A DNA stretch of 10,424 nucleotides from a virus: the UHGV virus genome UHGV-0117022; one strand, written 5' to 3'. Shown here one piece after another: positions 6,896-10,424 of this stretch (position 1 is its first letter; every line of letters begins with the position of its first letter). The notes beneath the pieces are model-generated. The model was not told where the DNA came from and did not search any database. It saw only the letters and a list, made by a program, of their open reading frames with translations. The position numbers and the translations under genes were made by a program.

Positions 6896-7126
6896 TCATG
6901 AGTAGAAGAAGTATGCCAGTTCTGCTTTTGAGCGCAGCCATTGTCTTGTTTTACAGGCTTTAAAAAGCCCATTCATCAATACTTTACCTGGCATTTTGCG
7001 CTTACCTGTTAAGTGAGTCTGGATATAGTGACTCGTCGTTCCGGCTTCCTGTGCGAAGGCTTCACGCTCATCCGGAGTAAGTGCAAGCCAGTGCTTTTTG
7101 AAATCGAAATGTCCGTTATCGCTCAT
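6896..7126 (-). CDS. Cro/CII-like small HTH DNA-binding regulator, 76 aa
   Basis: Small ORF transcribed divergently from the repressor gene, starting 154 bp from it across the operator cluster. EREAFAQEAGTTSHYIQTHLTGKRK looks like an HTH followed by a basic stretch. The functional label is from position. Confidence 0.55.
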   Translation of the reverse strand: MSDNGHFDFKKHWLALTPDEREAFAQEAGTTSHYIQTHLTGKRKMPGKVLMNGLFKACKTRQWLRSKAELAYFFYS

Positions 7127-7162
7127 AGCTATTGCCTGATATTTATTTCAGATAATAAATAT

Positions 7163-7225
7163 TCACCCATAAGGTAACAAAAATCAAGGATAGTTACCTA
7201 TGAGGTGCATTTACCTGTTGGGTAA
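7163..7225. promoter_or_regulatory. Operator cluster (OR-like) between the divergent Cro-like and repressor genes: three TTACC-N5-GGTAA-type sites
   Basis: Sites at 7163..7177 (TCACC-CATAA-GGTAA), 7194..7208 (TTACC-TATGA-GGTGC) and 7211..7225 (TTACC-TGTTG-GGTAA, perfect). Promoter hexamers for both divergent genes must lie in 7127..7280, but I could not place them unambiguously. Confidence 0.6.
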
Positions 7226-7280
7226 TATTGCTTTAAATTGAATCATCTACTGATTCATATATGAGGCGATTTTCCAGAAA

Positions 7281-7865
7281 ATGAAAAGTATCCAGGACGT
7301 CCGCAGGCAAAATCTCAACGACTTGATCGACCGTGAATTCAATGGTGTTCAGACGCGGATGGCAGAAAAACTTGGAACTCAGGCAAATCTGGTAAACCGC
7401 TGGGCTCTTGGCAAGAAGGTTATCGGCGACCAGGTTGCGCGAAAAATTGAAGCTGCCGCCAATAAACCCCGTAACTGGCTTGATATCGATCGCTCGCTTT
7501 CTCAGGAAGGTTTTCAGCCTGTCGGCCCAAGCGACATTGGTCAGCTGGCGGCTCACAACCTGGAACGCTGGATGAGCGAAAGCCGCGACCTTTCAACGCA
7601 GGGAAAACTTCACCGCGCATCCGGCGTCGCCCAGGTGACAATCAGTCGCCTGTTAAACAATGAGGTCAGCGTTTCCATTTCCACCCTGGAGAATGTTGCA
7701 TCCGCATTCGGGCGTCACGGCTATGAATTACTGATTCACCCGCACGACCCTGCGACCATCAACTATGACCGCTCGCGCTACGCATTGTTACCCGAAACCG
7801 AGAAAGCAAAGATCGAAAGTTACATTGAATTTGTCATCAACCAGAACGAAAAAAACAAACAATAA
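7281..7865 (+). CDS. Prophage repressor (CI-like role) with two HTH (XRE-type) regions and no recognisable S24/LexA-type peptidase domain, 194 aa
   Basis: N-terminal VQTRMAEKLGTQANLVNRWALGKKVIGDQVARKIE and a second HTH-like segment GVAQVTISRLLNNEVSVSISTLENVASAFG. The gene is monocistronic, bracketed by operator clusters and followed by a strong terminator. I saw no Ala-Gly/Ser-Lys cleavage-domain signature. Confidence 0.7.
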   Translation: MKSIQDVRRQNLNDLIDREFNGVQTRMAEKLGTQANLVNRWALGKKVIGDQVARKIEAAANKPRNWLDIDRSLSQEGFQPVGPSDIGQLAAHNLERWMSESRDLSTQGKLHRASGVAQVTISRLLNNEVSVSISTLENVASAFGRHGYELLIHPHDPATINYDRSRYALLPETEKAKIESYIEFVINQNEKNKQ

Positions 7866-7885
7866 AATCATACTTTTCAGTAAGT

Positions 7886-7912
7886 AAGCCGCCTTCTGGC
7901 GGCTTTTTTATT
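7886..7912 (+). terminator. Rho-independent terminator of the repressor gene
   Basis: Stem AAGCCGCC / GGCGGCTT (8 bp) with loop TTCT, followed by TTTTTTATT, 21 bp after the repressor stop codon. Confidence 0.75.
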
Positions 7913-7922
7913 GCCTATACTA

Positions 7923-7999
7923 TTACCTGATGGGTAATTTTTTTAACTCATATCTATTGACATCAAACCAAATACGCATAATTATTACCTCAACGGTAA
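7923..7999 (+). promoter_or_regulatory. Rightward early promoter/operator region (PL-like role): two perfect operators flanking a consensus -35
   Basis: Operators at 7923..7937 (TTACC-TGATG-GGTAA) and 7985..7999 (TTACC-TCAAC-GGTAA). Consensus -35 TTGACA at 7957..7962; an AT-rich -10-like stretch (CATAAT/TAATTA, 7977..7984) abuts the second operator, though the exact -10 and spacing are ambiguous. The first rightward gene starts at 8019. Confidence 0.6.
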
Positions 8000-8018
8000 C
8001 AGACCGAGGTAACAAGTT

Positions 8019-8171
8019 ATGCAGTGGAAAATCATCAACGGTTGGTACTGCGTTACTGCATGCGGATTCATGAGCTGGAAGTTCCGCACCTTACAGGAAG
8101 GCATTAAGTGGGCTTTCGTCAGCAAAGAAGCTCGCGATGTGGCCAACGATAACGAGATATGGGAGGGCTGA
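8019..8171 (+). CDS. Hypothetical small Trp-rich protein, 50 aa (MQWKIINGWYCVTACGFMSWKFRTLQEGIKWAFVSKEARDVANDNEIWEG)
   Basis: Not in the ORF track (too short); hand-translated. ATG at 8019 with GAGGT RBS 8 nt upstream. Its stop TGA at 8169..8171 sits 2 nt before the next start and within that gene's GGGAGGG RBS. First gene after the rightward promoter. Confidence 0.45.
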   Translation: MQWKIINGWYCVTACGFMSWKFRTLQEGIKWAFVSKEARDVANDNEIWEG

Positions 8172-8173
8172 TA

Positions 8174-8473
8174 ATGAACGTTAATCAGCAGAAAAATCTT
8201 CAAAAAATCATGCTGGCATTCGACAAGGACTACCGCCTGTCAGAACAGCTATATGACCGACAAGTTGAACTGATTGAGAGCATCCGACTTCATCAACTGT
8301 CCTCAACTTTCGACGTTGTAACAGGCAAAGGCGTTCGTCAGGAAGTGCTGGAGGCTGCTAAAGACAGCCCTGAGTTCGAAGAACTGATGGATGCCTACCG
8401 GCGCGAGGCAATGGCAATTATAGCGCGCTGGGATCTGGCGGATCAGCTTGATGGACAGAGGGACGCGGCATGA
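8174..8473 (+). CDS. Hypothetical protein, 99 aa (track ORF begins at an upstream alternative start, 8159)
   Basis: ATG at 8174 with GGGAGGG RBS; the stop overlaps the exonuclease start as ATGA (8470..8473). No motif recognised. Confidence 0.5.
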   Translation: MNVNQQKNLQKIMLAFDKDYRLSEQLYDRQVELIESIRLHQLSSTFDVVTGKGVRQEVLEAAKDSPEFEELMDAYRREAMAIIARWDLADQLDGQRDAA

Positions 8474-9291
8474 AACCGGGAATTTATTTCGACATCAGCA
8501 ACGAAGACTACCACGCCGGTGACGGCGTGAGTAAGTCGCAACTGGACATGGTTGCCAAGAATCCGGCGCTTCTTAAATGGGTTCAGGCAGCACCAGAAGA
8601 CGAAGAGAAAAAGTCTGCACTGGATATGGGAACCGCATTGCACTGTCTGCTTCTGGAGCCTGGAGAATTCGACAAACGCTTCATTGTTTCACCGAAGTTC
8701 GATCGTCGGACGAAACAAGGTAAAGCTGACGAAGAAGCATTTCTTCGTGATGTAGCGGATATGGGGATTACGGTACTTGATGCCGAGCAGTGGCGGAAAC
8801 TGGAGCTGATGCGTGATAGCGCAATGGCTCACCCGGCGGCACGCTGGATGCTGGAAGCACCTGGTTACTGCGAAGCATCAATGTACTGGAACGATGAAGA
8901 GACGGGTGAGTTGTGCCGAATTCGTCCAGACAAATGGCTGAACGAGCACAACGTGATCGTCGACGTGAAAAAGGTTGCAGATATGGACCGTTTTGCACGT
9001 CACATCGAGGAATTCCGCTACCACGTGCAGGACGCAATGTACCGCGAAGGCGCAATGAGGGTTACTGGTCAGCCGCATGGTTTTTTCTTTCTTGCCGTGA
9101 GCGAAAGCATTGATTGTGGTCGGTATCCGGTACGCGTGTTCGGGCTGGATGCGCCGGATGTCGATGCCGGGCACGCTCTGTTCCGCCGGGATCTGAATAC
9201 CTATCACGAATGCCGCATCAGCGATGAATGGGGCGGCGTGGAAATTATTAAACGCCCTGAGTGGGCACGCAAACAGGATATGTACGTATGA
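8470..9291 (+). CDS. RecE-like (exonuclease VIII-type) PD-(D/E)xK recombination exonuclease, 273 aa
   Basis: N-terminal GIYFDISNEDYHAGDGVSKSQL matches the start I recall for short prophage exonuclease VIII / RecE C-terminal nuclease-domain proteins. RPD...IVDVK fits a PD-(D/E)xK core. It is coupled to the downstream annealing-protein gene. Confidence 0.7.
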   Translation: MKPGIYFDISNEDYHAGDGVSKSQLDMVAKNPALLKWVQAAPEDEEKKSALDMGTALHCLLLEPGEFDKRFIVSPKFDRRTKQGKADEEAFLRDVADMGITVLDAEQWRKLELMRDSAMAHPAARWMLEAPGYCEASMYWNDEETGELCRIRPDKWLNEHNVIVDVKKVADMDRFARHIEEFRYHVQDAMYREGAMRVTGQPHGFFFLAVSESIDCGRYPVRVFGLDAPDVDAGHALFRRDLNTYHECRISDEWGGVEIIKRPEWARKQDMYV

Positions 9292-10205
9292 GCAACGAAA
9301 TTGCAATCACCAATGATGTGTTGGCTATTCGGGGAATCGATGAAGTTACATGGAGCGCTCTGAAAAACAGTATTTACCCTGGGGCAAAAGATGAATCGGT
9401 AATGATGGCAGTCGATTACTGCCGGGCGCGTCAACTCGATCCTCTTCTTAAGCCGGTACACCTGGTACCAATGAGTGTTAAAGACTCGAAGAGTGGAAAG
9501 AATGAATGGCGCGACGTGGTCATGCCTGGCATTGGACTTTATCGCATTCAGGCCTACCGTTCCGGCGATTACGCAGGCGCTAATGAACCTGAGTTCGGTC
9601 CAGATGTAACACAAACGCTTTCAGGCGTGGAGGTTACCTTCCCTCAGTGGTGTAAGTACACCGTCAGCAAGCGAATGGCAAGCGGGGAAATCGTAGAGTT
9701 TAGCGCCAAAGAATACTGGATTGAGAACTATGCAACTGGGGGGCGTGACACATCGGCACCAAATGCCATGTGGAAAAAGCGCCCTTATGCGCAGTTGGCA
9801 AAATGCGCAGAGGCACAGGCATTACGTAAAGCATGGCCGGAGATTGGTCAACAAGCCACAGCTGAGGAAATGGAAGGTAAATATATCGACTCACCTGACA
9901 TTATTGAACGTGACGTAACTCCAAGAAGTCAGGCAAAGCACGGCACAGCATCCAGCATGAACAGTCTGATCAACGCTAAACCAGTGAAAAAGCATGATGA
10001 GCAAACGCGTAAAGCGGATAGCCGTGATCCAGAAGAAATGCTGATGGCCTTTACCAGCGCAGCGATGAATTACAGCACTGTCTCCGAACTGGATAAGGCT
10101 TACAAATACATTGCACAAAAACTTTCAGATGATGACGAACTGCTGGCAAAAGCCACCGACGTTTACAGCGTTCGTCGGGAAGAATTAAACGAAACATCTA
10201 TGTAA
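9288..10205 (+). CDS. Single-strand annealing protein of the Bet/RecT (Red-beta) superfamily, about 305 aa
   Basis: ATG at 9288 overlaps the exonuclease stop as ATGA (the track start at 9261 is a GTG). Segments VDYCRARQLDPLLKPVHLVP, GIGLYRIQAYRSGDYAG and MWKKRPYAQLAKCAEAQALRKAWPE align by eye with lambda Bet/RecT conserved blocks. Confidence 0.75.
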   Translation: MSNEIAITNDVLAIRGIDEVTWSALKNSIYPGAKDESVMMAVDYCRARQLDPLLKPVHLVPMSVKDSKSGKNEWRDVVMPGIGLYRIQAYRSGDYAGANEPEFGPDVTQTLSGVEVTFPQWCKYTVSKRMASGEIVEFSAKEYWIENYATGGRDTSAPNAMWKKRPYAQLAKCAEAQALRKAWPEIGQQATAEEMEGKYIDSPDIIERDVTPRSQAKHGTASSMNSLINAKPVKKHDEQTRKADSRDPEEMLMAFTSAAMNYSTVSELDKAYKYIAQKLSDDDELLAKATDVYSVRREELNETSM

Positions 10206-10254
10206 CCACCACCGCGGCGCCACACGCGCCGCACTGCAACCAAGAGAGGTATTT

Positions 10255-10424
10255 ATGAAAGGTGCATTAGATAAGAAGAAACTCCTGGCGGTGGTGCCAC
10301 TGTCATGGAGCACTATCGACCGTATGGAGCGCGCAGGTGAATTTCCTAAACGCTGGTATATCACTGACAAACGCTGCGCATGGAACCGTGACGAAGTTGA
10401 GCGTTGGCTTGATGAACGTCAGGC
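10255..10424 (+). CDS. AlpA/excisionase-like HTH protein, partial (3' end beyond window)
   Basis: ATG at 10255 with AGAGAGG RBS. Translation MKGALDKKKLLAVVPLSWSTIDRMERAGEFPKRWYITDKRCAWNRDEVERWLDERQ shows the AlpA-family pattern: short N-terminal HTH followed by W...E.E.WL. The frame is open to the window end. Confidence 0.55.
   Translation, partial: MKGALDKKKLLAVVPLSWSTIDRMERAGEFPKRWYITDKRCAWNRDEVERWLDERQ

Larger units (their letters stand above)
1..10424. mobile_element. Lambdoid prophage early region (integration, accessory, replication, immunity and recombination modules); extends beyond both window edges
   Basis: Co-occurrence of tyrosine integrase, excisionase-like gene, lambda-P-like and O-like replication genes with iterons, divergent repressor/Cro-like pair with repeated operators, and an exonuclease/annealing-protein pair. 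Gene packing with ATGA/GTGA overlaps is typical of phage operons. Confidence 0.85.

Noticed and set aside
7233-8203. Minus-strand ORFs at 7233..7556, 7420..7641 and 7985..8203 overlapping the repressor gene and the rightward promoter/small genes
   Set aside because: Antisense to better-supported plus-strand genes and regulatory elements; no independent support.
8443-10370. ORFs at 8443..8643, 8552..8755, 8768..9055, 8878..9306, 8913..9113, 9204..9614, 9700..9894, 9721..9918, 9891..10118 and 10185..10370
   Set aside because: All overlap the exonuclease or annealing-protein genes (or the AlpA-like gene start) in other frames or on the other strand; the recognised recombination-protein motifs are in the annotated frames.
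1-10424. CRISPR arrays, rRNA/tRNA genes, IS elements/transposases
   Set aside because: No regularly spaced repeat-spacer structure, no structured RNA gene signatures and no transposase-like ORFs or terminal inverted repeats were seen; the only periodic repeats are the iterons and the operator palindromes.

Overview
The window reads as the integrase-proximal early region of a lambdoid temperate prophage of the Enterobacteriaceae type, called from ORF architecture and protein motifs only; no database search was possible. A leftward (minus-strand) block of tightly packed, often translationally coupled genes runs from the immunity region to the window start: Cro/CII-like regulator, intrinsic terminator, Zn-ribbon protein, O-like initiator with embedded iterons, lambda-P-like helicase loader, DUF1064 protein, coiled-coil protein, Ead/Ea22-like protein, PD-(D/E)xK nuclease-like protein, three unknowns, excisionase-like protein and tyrosine integrase. 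A dual-HTH repressor gene (plus strand) with its own terminator sits divergently from the Cro-like gene. A rightward operon follows: two small unknown proteins, a RecE-like exonuclease, a Bet/RecT-family annealing protein and the start of an AlpA-like HTH gene. The strongest sequence-level signal is a 15-bp palindromic operator motif, TTACC-N5-GGTAA, present in seven copies: clustered on both sides of the repressor gene and at two further sites inside the leftward block. Module order is atypical for lambda, since the replication genes are co-oriented with int/xis while the recombination genes lie on the repressor side. The most plausible places for an undescribed function are the four-gene cassette between xis and the Ea22-like gene and the two small proteins upstream of the exonuclease. 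I see no hallmark of a specific known defence system, and all family assignments are from recalled motifs and need HMM or structure confirmation.
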